Shown: one piece after another, positions 18,059 through 26,917 of the stretch | How positions within the stretch are numbered: the stretch's first letter is position 1 | How the letters are laid out: the number at the start of each line of letters is the position of its first letter | Assembly (NCBI GenBank): GCA_016930085.1 | Contig: JAFGHO010000008.1 | Span: 32,146 to 96,145 of the forward strand | Reading direction: 5' to 3' | From: Spirochaetales bacterium | GTDB lineage: Bacteria > Spirochaetota > Spirochaetia > SZUA-6 > JAFGRV01 | Length of the DNA stretch: 64,000 nt | The notes under the pieces: model-generated | Seen by the model: only the letters and a program-made list of their open reading frames with translations | Databases searched by the model: none | What the model was told of the DNA's origin: nothing | Program-made: the position numbers and the translations under genes

Positions 18059-19723
18059 TCAAAAAATAACACCGAGCCCCAATCCGCCCATGACATAAAA
18101 GTTATCAATTGAAACGAACTCGGTTGCGGCTGCCAGACTCACGTATATACTCGTGTCCGGGATCATGAAGTGGCATTCCGCCGCGCCGAGCGCCGGGTAA
18201 TCGAATCCGAATCCTTCGGAAAAGGGAAGGGTACGGACCGCGCATGAAAGACCGGCGATCACCGTTCCCATGTCGAGAAGAAGGCCGCCGCGCACATATC
18301 CCCAGGAATAGAATCCGGATTCTTCGTCATAATCCGATGTATAGGTGACACGGTAGACGGAGAGGACGATTTCCGGGCTCAACACAAAGCTGAACGGACC
18401 TGCGTGAAACTGTAAAGGAACCCCACCGGATATACCGAGAAAGTTCGAGAGGGTATCCGAACCCGTTCCGTCGTGGTAGCTTGCCTTTGCGTAAATGCCG
18501 CCCGAAAAACCAACACTGTCCTTTGTCGTAAAAAGCAGTTTTTTCACACCGATACTGGCGAAACCGATGCTGCGCTCGCCGCTTCCCAGAATCATCGCGG
18601 CAAGATAATCGACTTCAAGCGATTCGCCGCACCCGAATCTGCCGGAAAGGACGACGGGCGCTCGCATGAGTATTTCGTCGTCGCCTTCCTCGAGGTGGGC
18701 GAGAATCACGGTCGAAAGTTGAAATCCCCCGGATGGTAACGTTTCCGCGGTCGGGGTGTAGAGAAGCCCCGACATTCCATTGAATATACTCAGATAGGAT
18801 ATCGTGATCGATCTGTCGATGACGACCGCCATCGACAACACCACATCATTACCGTCATCTCCCCGTGCGGAAATCCTGACCGTATATTCGCCGTCAGGGA
18901 GGGATTTTCCGCCGCCTGTCTTCCCGTTCCATTCGAACTCCTGTTCCCATGTGGCAAAGGGAGGAAAAGGGTAGTCGAGGACCTCATTTCCGTTTCCGTC
19001 AATTATCAGGAGTCCGGCGGTACCACGGTTTGTGACATGAAATGAAATAATAGTCGTTCCGAGTGAGCCGGGATTCGACGGATTGAATCTGATTCTATTT
19101 GCGGAAAGTCCGGTTGCGGAAAAGGCCGCTTTCTCGAGTGCGATATCGCGGGATGTCGTCTTTCCCTCTTCGATTACAACGGTGCCTGTATACTCGGTAT
19201 AGCCGAAATATCTTACCCGAAGAAGATATTCCCCGATAGGGATTTCCGCATGCGGACCGGTGATATACTCGCCGCCGACGACGATGAGGGCGTCAGGAGG
19301 TTCGACATGAATATCGAGATATCCGATGATCGGGACGAGTTCCGTTTCATATGTCATGTTGCTGCCGTTGTAGTACAGCCAGTCGGTTTGTATTCGATAG
19401 CCTTCGAGTCTGATTTCGAGTCTATAATCCCCTGCCGTGAGGTATTCGATGACAAGCGGGGTTTTCCCGTAATAGACGTCGTCGATATAGACTGAAGCGT
19501 GATGAGGCCGGCTTTTGATGGTCAGTCTGTTTTCCTCCTCTTCCTCCTCCGCATCTTCTTCCTGGAGATTGAATTTTTCATCGTCGTCTTCCGTGTATGT
19601 CGTCGAATCTTTGTCGGATGCGAGTGTCCTTTTAAAAAGGTTGCCGCGGGATGTCGTGCAGGAGAAAAGAAAAATAATCCCGGATAATAATAAAAAAAGA
19701 AATACGAAACGGCGCGTGCCCAT
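18059..19723 (-). CDS. PEGA-domain lipoprotein with FlgD-Ig-like domain and C-terminal beta-rich region
   Basis: Lipobox LFSC. The PEGA motif is VYIDDVYYGKTPLVIEYLTAGDYRLEIRLEGY. An FlgD_ig-like segment reads FEWNGKTGGGKSLPDGEYTVRISARGDDGN. The C-terminal third is Gly/aromatic-rich and ends in F. Confidence 0.75.
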   Translation of the reverse strand: MGTRRFVFLFLLLSGIIFLFSCTTSRGNLFKRTLASDKDSTTYTEDDDEKFNLQEEDAEEEEEENRLTIKSRPHHASVYIDDVYYGKTPLVIEYLTAGDYRLEIRLEGYRIQTDWLYYNGSNMTYETELVPIIGYLDIHVEPPDALIVVGGEYITGPHAEIPIGEYLLRVRYFGYTEYTGTVVIEEGKTTSRDIALEKAAFSATGLSANRIRFNPSNPGSLGTTIISFHVTNRGTAGLLIIDGNGNEVLDYPFPPFATWEQEFEWNGKTGGGKSLPDGEYTVRISARGDDGNDVVLSMAVVIDRSITISYLSIFNGMSGLLYTPTAETLPSGGFQLSTVILAHLEEGDDEILMRAPVVLSGRFGCGESLEVDYLAAMILGSGERSIGFASIGVKKLLFTTKDSVGFSGGIYAKASYHDGTGSDTLSNFLGISGGVPLQFHAGPFSFVLSPEIVLSVYRVTYTSDYDEESGFYSWGYVRGGLLLDMGTVIAGLSCAVRTLPFSEGFGFDYPALGAAECHFMIPDTSIYVSLAAATEFVSIDNFYVMGGLGLGVIF

Positions 19724-19823
19724 ATCGTATATAATAGCACACGCCCCCCCCTTAAATCCAGATGAATATTTTTATTGGAAAAATATTCCTTTTACGCCGA
19801 TAAACAAAGAGAGAGCGTATACC

Positions 19824-21062
19824 ATGGCTTCAGGAAGAAAAGAAGGAATTAAAACGCCAAAAAAACAGATAAAAAACTCGACGTCGCTTATTCGAAAAAT
19901 TAAAAACAGCTATAATTCACTGAGAAAGGAAAATCTTCCCAAACTCATTTTTTTCGTGATAATCATCGTCTTTCTCGGAGGATTTTTTATATATTTTGTT
20001 GAAAAAGGAAAAACCGTCGGCGGAAGCGAACAGATGTTCGGTCGTTTCTTCGACGGATTATGGTGGACGGTGGTGACCATCACCAGTGTCGGATACGGGG
20101 ATAAATATCCGCAGACGGAAATCGGAAAGATATTTGCCATTTTTCTCATGCTTGTCGGTGTCATCGTGACATCGATTCTCTCGGGTACGGTTGCCAGTAT
20201 ATTTGTCGATAAAAAGATCAAGGAGGACAGGGGCTTGCAAAATATCACGACGAAAAATCACATCGCCATCTGCGGCTGGAACAATAATGCGGAAAACATC
20301 CTCAATGGATTGTCTGCAATAGCAAAAAACGACCTCGAGGTGGTCCTTATATCGGAAATCGATTCGGAACAATTCCAGGCTTTGAAAATCAAGTTTCCCG
20401 ATATGAATCTCAATTTTGTCAGGGGTGATTTTACGAACGAAAAGGTACTGAGGAGGGGATCGCTTCAGAATGCCCGGGCGGCAATCGTTCTTTCCGATAA
20501 TTCGGGGAGTCACACAATCGCCAATGCGGACGAACGGACGATTCTCGCGACCCTCGCGATCAAATCGATTTCAGCGGATATCATAACGAGTGCGGAATTG
20601 ATCAATCCGGAAAACCGGCAACACCTTATCAGGGCGAAGGTCGATGAAATACTCGTCAATGGCGAGTTCAATGGTTTCCTCCTTTCATCATCCGCTTTCA
20701 GTTCGGGCATTCCGCTTTTGGTAAAGTCGATACTCAGTTTTGAAAGCAAGAACATTATCAAACAGGTTCAAGTACCCTCATCGTTTGTCGGAAAGCCTTT
20801 CAAGGAACTGCTTGAACATTTTTTTTCGACCGGAAAGGGAATCATTATAGGATTTCTCTGCGCTGAAAAGAAGATTCAGCTGGATGACCTGCTTTCGGAA
20901 GAGTCGGATGCGATCGACGAGTTTATCAAACGTAAATTCATGGAAGCGGAAGTCGATCTGCTCGAAGAGGAAAAGGAAGAGGGCAGGATTTTGCTTAATC
21001 CGGATCCGGGTTACCTTATCAGGGAAACGGATACGGCATTCGTGATCGGAACATCGGAATAA
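19824..21062 (+). CDS. potassium channel with RCK/TrkA-N domain
   Basis: The selectivity filter is TITSVGYGD, flanked by two TM helices. An RCK-like region HIAICGWNNNAENIL follows. I chose the ATG at 19824 because the upstream part of the ORF-track frame is antisense to the PEGA gene. Confidence 0.85.
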   Translation: MASGRKEGIKTPKKQIKNSTSLIRKIKNSYNSLRKENLPKLIFFVIIIVFLGGFFIYFVEKGKTVGGSEQMFGRFFDGLWWTVVTITSVGYGDKYPQTEIGKIFAIFLMLVGVIVTSILSGTVASIFVDKKIKEDRGLQNITTKNHIAICGWNNNAENILNGLSAIAKNDLEVVLISEIDSEQFQALKIKFPDMNLNFVRGDFTNEKVLRRGSLQNARAAIVLSDNSGSHTIANADERTILATLAIKSISADIITSAELINPENRQHLIRAKVDEILVNGEFNGFLLSSSAFSSGIPLLVKSILSFESKNIIKQVQVPSSFVGKPFKELLEHFFSTGKGIIIGFLCAEKKIQLDDLLSEESDAIDEFIKRKFMEAEVDLLEEEKEEGRILLNPDPGYLIRETDTAFVIGTSE

Positions 21063-21142
21063 TATATGGATATATGAATGAAACTTATGTGGATGAGAAT
21101 TACCACATCAGTCGTGCGGCTTGAAATGTCAGGAGCAAGGTG

Positions 21143-21664
21143 ATGAAATTACAATCAAAAAAAAGAGGAAAAGAGTTTCTCAAGGAAGTCGGAATTCTTT
21201 CTCCCCTCACCGAAGAAGAACTCGATCTCGTATGGAATATAGCCAAACCGGTCGAGATACCCTCCGGCCGGATAATCGTAAAAGAGGGGGATATCGGCGA
21301 CACGATGTATCTCTTTTCTGACGGTCATGTCGTGGTCTCCAATAATCTGACACTCAAACTTGGCAAGAAAGGATTCAGCAAGGCCGAAAAATCGATGGTA
21401 AAGCTTGATTCGTCACAGGTGTCGTTTTTTGGTGAAATGGCAATGTTCGAAGACGAACCGCGGAGTGCCACCATCACCGCCCTTTCCGATTGCTACTTGT
21501 ATGAGATAAAACGAAAAGATTTCGAAACTCTCTGCCAGTTGCATCCGATACTCGGTTACAAAATATTGAGGGAAATCGCCGTTGTGCTGTGTAAACGGAT
21601 CAGAAAGGGAAACAAGGACATTTTAAAATTATCAACCGCGCTGAGTATCGCGCTTTCAAAATAA
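21143..21664 (+). CDS. stand-alone cyclic nucleotide-binding domain protein
   Basis: About 173 aa with FFGEMAMFEDEPRSATITAL (FGE...RSA phosphate-binding cassette). No DNA-binding or other output domain is present. An aggagcaagg RBS precedes it. Confidence 0.8.
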   Translation: MKLQSKKRGKEFLKEVGILSPLTEEELDLVWNIAKPVEIPSGRIIVKEGDIGDTMYLFSDGHVVVSNNLTLKLGKKGFSKAEKSMVKLDSSQVSFFGEMAMFEDEPRSATITALSDCYLYEIKRKDFETLCQLHPILGYKILREIAVVLCKRIRKGNKDILKLSTALSIALSK

Positions 21665-21678
21665 TCGGGGAAAATGGT

Positions 21679-22236
21679 ATGAGCAAAACGAAGATGGTTG
21701 TTTTTCCCGCCGTGATTTTTTTTTGCGCTGCCTATATTTTTCCGCAATCGGGTATCGATACCGCAGCGGCAAAGACAGGCCCCTCAGGGTTCAGGGGCAT
21801 CACCCTCGGCATGCATATTGATGAGGTAAAAACCCTTCTTTTTGAAGATCCGTATTTCGATTACCGGGGCGATCCCGATGTCACCTTCCTGCCCGTTACC
21901 GAAGAACGGCTTATCGAATGCGGAGGAAACTCGTTTGTCAAACGGGCGTACTTCCAGTTCAACAATGAAAAGCTTTATATCATCATCATAGTCCTTGATA
22001 CGGAAAAACTCGACTACTACACCCTCTATACGACCCTGACCGGCAAATACGGTGAATCGACATTACTCGACCCTTCACATGTCGTGTGGCATTTCAGTGA
22101 TGTCAGGCTGTCGCTCGAGAAACCCCTCAGCGTCAAATATATCGATATCAAGGTGTTCGAAGAACTGAAAAGCGAAGGAAAAATGGAAGACGACCTCAGG
22201 TCCGTATCGCGTGAGAGGTTTCTGGAAGAGTTTTGA
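21679..22236 (+). CDS. hypothetical secreted protein
   Basis: 185 aa with signal peptide MVVFPAVIFFCAAYIFPQ. It begins 15 nt after the cNMP-binding gene. Confidence 0.6.
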   Translation: MSKTKMVVFPAVIFFCAAYIFPQSGIDTAAAKTGPSGFRGITLGMHIDEVKTLLFEDPYFDYRGDPDVTFLPVTEERLIECGGNSFVKRAYFQFNNEKLYIIIIVLDTEKLDYYTLYTTLTGKYGESTLLDPSHVVWHFSDVRLSLEKPLSVKYIDIKVFEELKSEGKMEDDLRSVSRERFLEEF

Positions 22237-22289
22237 GCCATTTTTATCCCTTTACCAGCCGGCCGTTTCCGTGATATGTTCCCTTCTGT

Positions 22290-23450
22290 ATGATCACGGT
22301 TAAAAAGGAAAAACAATCGCTGCTTTCTCTTCGTCATCCATGGCTTTTCAGACAGACGATCGCCGTAAAGGACGATCCGCCCGAAAACGGTGAGATGGTG
22401 CCGGTATACAATCAGGAGGGAGAGATCTGCTGCTGGGGATTCTATTCGGCGGAAAGCTATATCGCCGTTCGTATTATATCGTTCGGCCGGGACATGCCTT
22501 CCGGCGGCTGGCTTGAACGACGAATACACAATGCGGCGGCATTGCGGCAACGGCTTTTCATCAACTCAAACTCATACCGGCTTGTCAATGCAGAAGGCGA
22601 CGGAATACCGGGTCTTATTATCGATGTCTATCATACCACCATCGTTTTAAAACCGCTTGTCTACGGGATTGAAAAGGAAATTGAAACGATTACCGCCGTC
22701 CTCTCCTCCCTCTTCCCCGAAAAAGCGGTCTATCTGCGGCGGGACGAGTTTGCGGCGAGAAAAGAGAACCTTACCCTTCAAAACGGCTATATCAAAGGGG
22801 AGGGTGACGGGATCGAGCGGATCGAAGAAAACGGGATCGGATTTCTTGTCGATATCAAACAGGGACAAAAAACGGGTTTTTATCTCGATCAGCGTGATAA
22901 CCGGTCCATACTTTCACGTTACTGCAAGGGGAAAACGGTACTCAATTGCTTTTCCTATACCGGAGCGTTCGCGCTCGCGGCGGCCAAAGGCGGTGCATTA
23001 CGTATTGTTTCCGTTGAAAGTTCCGCGCACGCGGTCGAACTTTCGCATAAACAGTTGTCCCTCAATCCGGAAATGGATGAATCGGTTTTTACCTGGATAT
23101 GCGGAGATGCCTTCGAGTTTCTCGAAGGCTGCGAATCATTCGATATCATCGTCCTGGACCCGCCGCCGTTCGCACGGAGAAAGGCGGAAGTGGAAGGCGC
23201 ACTCAAGGGGTACCGCCGTCTTGCAGAAAAGGCGATAAGAAAATGTCATCCGGACGGCATTATCGCCGCCTTTTCGTGTTCTTCTTCAATAAATAAAACG
23301 CTTTTCAGGGAAACAGTCAGAGAGGCGGCGGTGAGAACGGGCAGAGAGCTGCGGATAATCGGTGAACTTGCCGCTTCACAAGATCATCCCGTTTCCCTCT
23401 TTCATCCTGAAGGCGAGTATCTGAAAGGACTTATGTTGTATGCGGAATAA
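22290..23450 (+). CDS. rlmI: SAM-dependent 23S rRNA m5C methyltransferase (RlmI-like, PUA plus class I MTase)
   Basis: Motifs are HPWLF, LVNAEGDGIPGLIIDVY, GFYLDQRDNR, VLNCFSYTGAFA and IVLDPPPFA. Confidence 0.8.
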   Translation: MITVKKEKQSLLSLRHPWLFRQTIAVKDDPPENGEMVPVYNQEGEICCWGFYSAESYIAVRIISFGRDMPSGGWLERRIHNAAALRQRLFINSNSYRLVNAEGDGIPGLIIDVYHTTIVLKPLVYGIEKEIETITAVLSSLFPEKAVYLRRDEFAARKENLTLQNGYIKGEGDGIERIEENGIGFLVDIKQGQKTGFYLDQRDNRSILSRYCKGKTVLNCFSYTGAFALAAAKGGALRIVSVESSAHAVELSHKQLSLNPEMDESVFTWICGDAFEFLEGCESFDIIVLDPPPFARRKAEVEGALKGYRRLAEKAIRKCHPDGIIAAFSCSSSINKTLFRETVREAAVRTGRELRIIGELAASQDHPVSLFHPEGEYLKGLMLYAE

Positions 23451-23871
23451 AATCATTGCGATCGTTATTCTTCTTTTTCTATGCATAACATCGTGTGATG
23501 AAAAAAAAGAGACTATCGTGATCAGAATCAAGGAAATCCCCTTCACCGTGGAATGCGCCCGGACCCAGGCGGCACAGGAAGTAGGACTCATGTTCCGAAA
23601 GAAACTGGGAAAGCGGGAGGGGATGCTTTTCATTTATAAACAATATGTCACCGGCGCTTTCTGGATGAAAAACACATCAATACCCCTCTCGATCGCCTTT
23701 CTCTCGCATGAAGGCCAGATCAGGGATATCAAGCACATGATTCCATTTTCGACCACACCGGTCAAACCGCAGCTATCCTACATGTATGCCCTTGAAGTCA
23801 ACCGGGGAACATTTGAAGAGATCGGTGTCGAAATAGGAGATTATGTCATTTTTCCCGAAGATTTTCCCTGA
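23440..23871 (+). CDS. DUF192 domain protein
   Basis: Motifs are GLMFRKKLGKREGMLFIY, FWMKNTSIPLSIAFL and YALEVNRGTF, with an N-terminal signal. The gene overlaps the rlmI end by 11 nt. Confidence 0.8.
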   Translation: MRNKIIAIVILLFLCITSCDEKKETIVIRIKEIPFTVECARTQAAQEVGLMFRKKLGKREGMLFIYKQYVTGAFWMKNTSIPLSIAFLSHEGQIRDIKHMIPFSTTPVKPQLSYMYALEVNRGTFEEIGVEIGDYVIFPEDFP

Positions 23872-24102
23872 GTGGTTAATCGCCCGCGATATAAATGATT
23901 CTATCTGACTGATTGTGTATAATTGTTATGTTCGATGCCGCTTTGTGTATAATATAACGCTCGAAAAAATCGTGCTGCATTGAAAACCTGATTGATGACG
24001 ACAAATAAAAACATTTTTCGACTCCTCGACCGCTTTTATCAAGTCAGGGATAAATAATTTTCTTTCCGGTATAGATAGTTTACCTTTTTAAAAAAGTTTT
24101 AA

Positions 24103-24132
24103 TTTACGGCAGCCGATTTGTCATGCTATAAT
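24103..24132 (+). promoter_or_regulatory. sigma70-like promoter with extended -10 for the GH53 gene
   Basis: tttacg (24103-24108), an 18-nt spacer, then tgc-tataat (-10 at 24127-24132). It lies about 45 nt upstream of the ATG, and a gaaaggag RBS is present. Confidence 0.5.
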
Positions 24133-24177
24133 GGCGTAAAAGAAAAAAGTCTGGATTGAAAGGAGAACAAAAATAAA

Positions 24178-25443
24178 ATGAACATGAATCATGCAATAAA
24201 AACTATTATGTGTGTGTGTTTATTATGTCTGGTGCCCTGTTTCTACCTCGGCGCCCAGGGACCCGGCGATGTCAATAACGACAACAGCATTACGATTGTC
24301 GACGCACTTCTCGTCGCCCAATACACCGTCGGACTCAATCCGTCCAACTTCGACCAGAGCAGGGCTGATATAAATGCAGACGGACAGATCAATATCGTCG
24401 ATGCACTCGTCATTGCACAGATTTCTGTGGGATTGCAGACGCCGCCGCCTTCCCAGACGAATCCGCCGGCAACCGAGCCGCCCCAGGTAACACCGACACC
24501 GGATGCAGGCACCGGAGGTTTTGCCCGAGGAGTCGATATTTCAGAAGGAAATTTTGCGACCGAAAGGGGAGTCGTTTATAAAGATAGAAACGGAACTTCC
24601 GGTCATTATCTTGATATATTGAAAAATCATGGTTTTGATTGGATAAGGATCAGGGTACTGGTCAGTCCTCCGGGCGACCACGGGCTTTACCAGACCACCA
24701 GTTATGTCAGGGACGTTGTCCGGACGGCAAAAAGCAAGGGATTCAAGGTCCTTCTTGTCTTTTTCTATTCGGACTGGTGGTGCGATCCCGGACAGAATGC
24801 GCGTCCCGCGGGCTGGCCGGGTGACATCAGCCAGTTGGAACAGAAACTCTACGATTATACCCGGGAGACCCTCAACGCGATCGGGGTCGGCAATCTCGAT
24901 ATGGTCGCAGTGGGAAACGAGATCGATAATATGATGTGCGGAGCGACAGGATCGAATAAAAGGAGACTGGTCGACAAGGGATATGATGCGGTGAAATCGG
25001 TCTCATCGTTGCCGGTAATGGTTCAAAGTGCCGAGGGAAGTTATTCATGGTTCAGCAGTCTCGGCGCGAAGGTCGATGTCTATGGAATATCCCACTACAT
25101 CATGTGGCATGGCGGTCTCGGTACCATGGCCGGCAGAATAAGCAGTTTCGGCGACAGGGACATGTGGGTCTGTGAAACGGCAATGTACTGGAAACATAGT
25201 GAAGCGAATCATTCGACAAGCGGATATTCACAGGATCAGGACGGACAATACCAGTATATGCGGGATTTTCTATCAACGGCACGGAATTATTCAAACTGCA
25301 AGGGTGTGGCCTATTGGGGGGCCTGCTGGGCTCAAACCGGAACATGGCTTTACGCCCCGCAATGGAGTAATGACGATGCGGGCTGCAGGGGATTATTCGA
25401 TGATAATGCCCGGGCCACTCGCGGAATAGAAGGCTGGCAATAG
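24178..25443 (+). CDS. dockerin-containing arabinogalactan endo-beta-1,4-galactanase (GH53)
   Basis: Signal peptide, then a type-I dockerin duplication (GDVNNDNSITIVDALLVAQY / ADINADGQINIVDALVIAQ) and a Pro/Thr linker. The GH53 core has GVDISE, GFDWIRIRV, FFYSDWWCDPGQ, VAVGNEI and WVCETA. Confidence 0.85.
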   Translation: MNMNHAIKTIMCVCLLCLVPCFYLGAQGPGDVNNDNSITIVDALLVAQYTVGLNPSNFDQSRADINADGQINIVDALVIAQISVGLQTPPPSQTNPPATEPPQVTPTPDAGTGGFARGVDISEGNFATERGVVYKDRNGTSGHYLDILKNHGFDWIRIRVLVSPPGDHGLYQTTSYVRDVVRTAKSKGFKVLLVFFYSDWWCDPGQNARPAGWPGDISQLEQKLYDYTRETLNAIGVGNLDMVAVGNEIDNMMCGATGSNKRRLVDKGYDAVKSVSSLPVMVQSAEGSYSWFSSLGAKVDVYGISHYIMWHGGLGTMAGRISSFGDRDMWVCETAMYWKHSEANHSTSGYSQDQDGQYQYMRDFLSTARNYSNCKGVAYWGACWAQTGTWLYAPQWSNDDAGCRGLFDDNARATRGIEGWQ

Positions 25444-25616
25444 ATGCGGATTTGTCATCTTCTTCTTTTCCCGGCCTGAGGCGATCATCGAAAGAAAGAA
25501 AGTGTTTTTTAGAGAAACGTGGTGTTTTTATCATGACAATGCACCACGTTTTTTTATATGGTTGTGTTATATGAGTTATTAAATCGGCCTTGAGCCCGAT
25601 GGAGATGAAAATCATC

Positions 25617-26912
25617 ATGAAAAGAATACTGCCGATAATCCTGTTTATATTGTTGACGGCATGGCAATGCGATAAATCGAGGGTAATCGCCCGAGAGGCT
25701 TCCGCTTGCGGCGGCGGGGAGTCCTCGATGAAAACGGATACGGAAAAGTTCGGATTGAAAGAGGAGGTCGCAGAATGGATGAGGGAATGTTACGGGATTA
25801 ACGACGGCAAAAGGACACAGGAAAAGGTCCTTTTGAACAGGGAAATATACCGCTTCAATCGGGCGGGAATGATTCTCGAGATGAAAGGTTATGAGGAGGA
25901 AAACACATTCGTCTCTTGCGGTTACAAGGAATACGATGAAGAGGGTAATATAACTGAAGAACGATATTATGATGCTTCAGGAACACTCCTCGCCAGGCAC
26001 CGTTATTACTATAATGAAGCCGGTCGATTGACCAGGGAAACAAAGGATGACAGAACCGGAAAGCTTTTCTATTCTTCCTGCCGGCATTACGACTGTAACG
26101 GGAATGTTACCGGATTTATAAAAACGATGACTGAAAACGACAGGGAGATTATTTTGACGGAAGGCAAGACGACCTATTTTTCGACCGGCTGCAAAAAAAA
26201 AGAAGAGCGAACCGAGTATGCAATGAACGGTGCCGTTCATTTTCGTAATATCACTCATTATGATACCGCCGGCCGTCAGGTAAAAGTCGAAGAGTATAAC
26301 GGTGAGGGGAACCTCAACTTCAGGGAAGAGTATACCTATAACGGGAACGGAAACCTTACCCGTTCCCGTGAATATGCCTGGAATTTTGTGACCAAACAAT
26401 ATACGACAAAAGAAGATATTTATACCTATGATGCCGGCGGGAAACTTCTTCAAAGCAAAGAAAACGGAATCAGCAGGGTTTTTCACTATGATGAAGCGGG
26501 ATCGGAGACCGATATCGTCGAATATTCGGAATCGGGAACACTGTTAACAAAAAAAACATACCGCTATCATACCGGTACCGCCGCAAAGGAAGAGTCGGTC
26601 GTCATATACGGTGATGAAAATACTGCCGTTTCCACATTGGTGAACTCATATAACGCCGAAGGGAATCTGATCGAATGGGCGCGTTTCAAACCGGATGGGA
26701 GTCTCCTTTACCGGCACAGGACATACTATGACGATGAGGGAAACACGATCGAAGAGGTGCATGATGCGACAAAGGAACTTCCCAGAATAAAATACAGATA
26801 TTCCTATGACGAACAGGGCAATCATATTGAAACACGGTGTTACCGGCTCGATGATTCTAAAAAAGAAGAACTCGCCCTCATCTATCATTACGAAATCACC
26901 TATCGTGAGTGA
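25617..26912 (+). CDS. YD/RHS-like repeat lipoprotein
   Basis: Lipobox LLTAWQC. At least 10 degenerate repeats of the type Y(Y/T)YDxxGNlxxe are present (EYDEEGNITEERYYDASG, YYYNEAGRLTRE, YTYNGNGNLTRS, YYDDEGNTIEE). Confidence 0.6.
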   Translation: MKRILPIILFILLTAWQCDKSRVIAREASACGGGESSMKTDTEKFGLKEEVAEWMRECYGINDGKRTQEKVLLNREIYRFNRAGMILEMKGYEEENTFVSCGYKEYDEEGNITEERYYDASGTLLARHRYYYNEAGRLTRETKDDRTGKLFYSSCRHYDCNGNVTGFIKTMTENDREIILTEGKTTYFSTGCKKKEERTEYAMNGAVHFRNITHYDTAGRQVKVEEYNGEGNLNFREEYTYNGNGNLTRSREYAWNFVTKQYTTKEDIYTYDAGGKLLQSKENGISRVFHYDEAGSETDIVEYSESGTLLTKKTYRYHTGTAAKEESVVIYGDENTAVSTLVNSYNAEGNLIEWARFKPDGSLLYRHRTYYDDEGNTIEEVHDATKELPRIKYRYSYDEQGNHIETRCYRLDDSKKEELALIYHYEITYRE

Positions 26913-26917
26913 TACAA

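Noticed and set aside
19515-19823. N-terminal extension of the K+ channel ORF (Ser-rich MMVSLFSSSSSS...)
   Set aside because: This part is antisense to the 5' end of the PEGA lipoprotein gene and is low-complexity. The ATG at 19824 gives a normal channel N-terminus.
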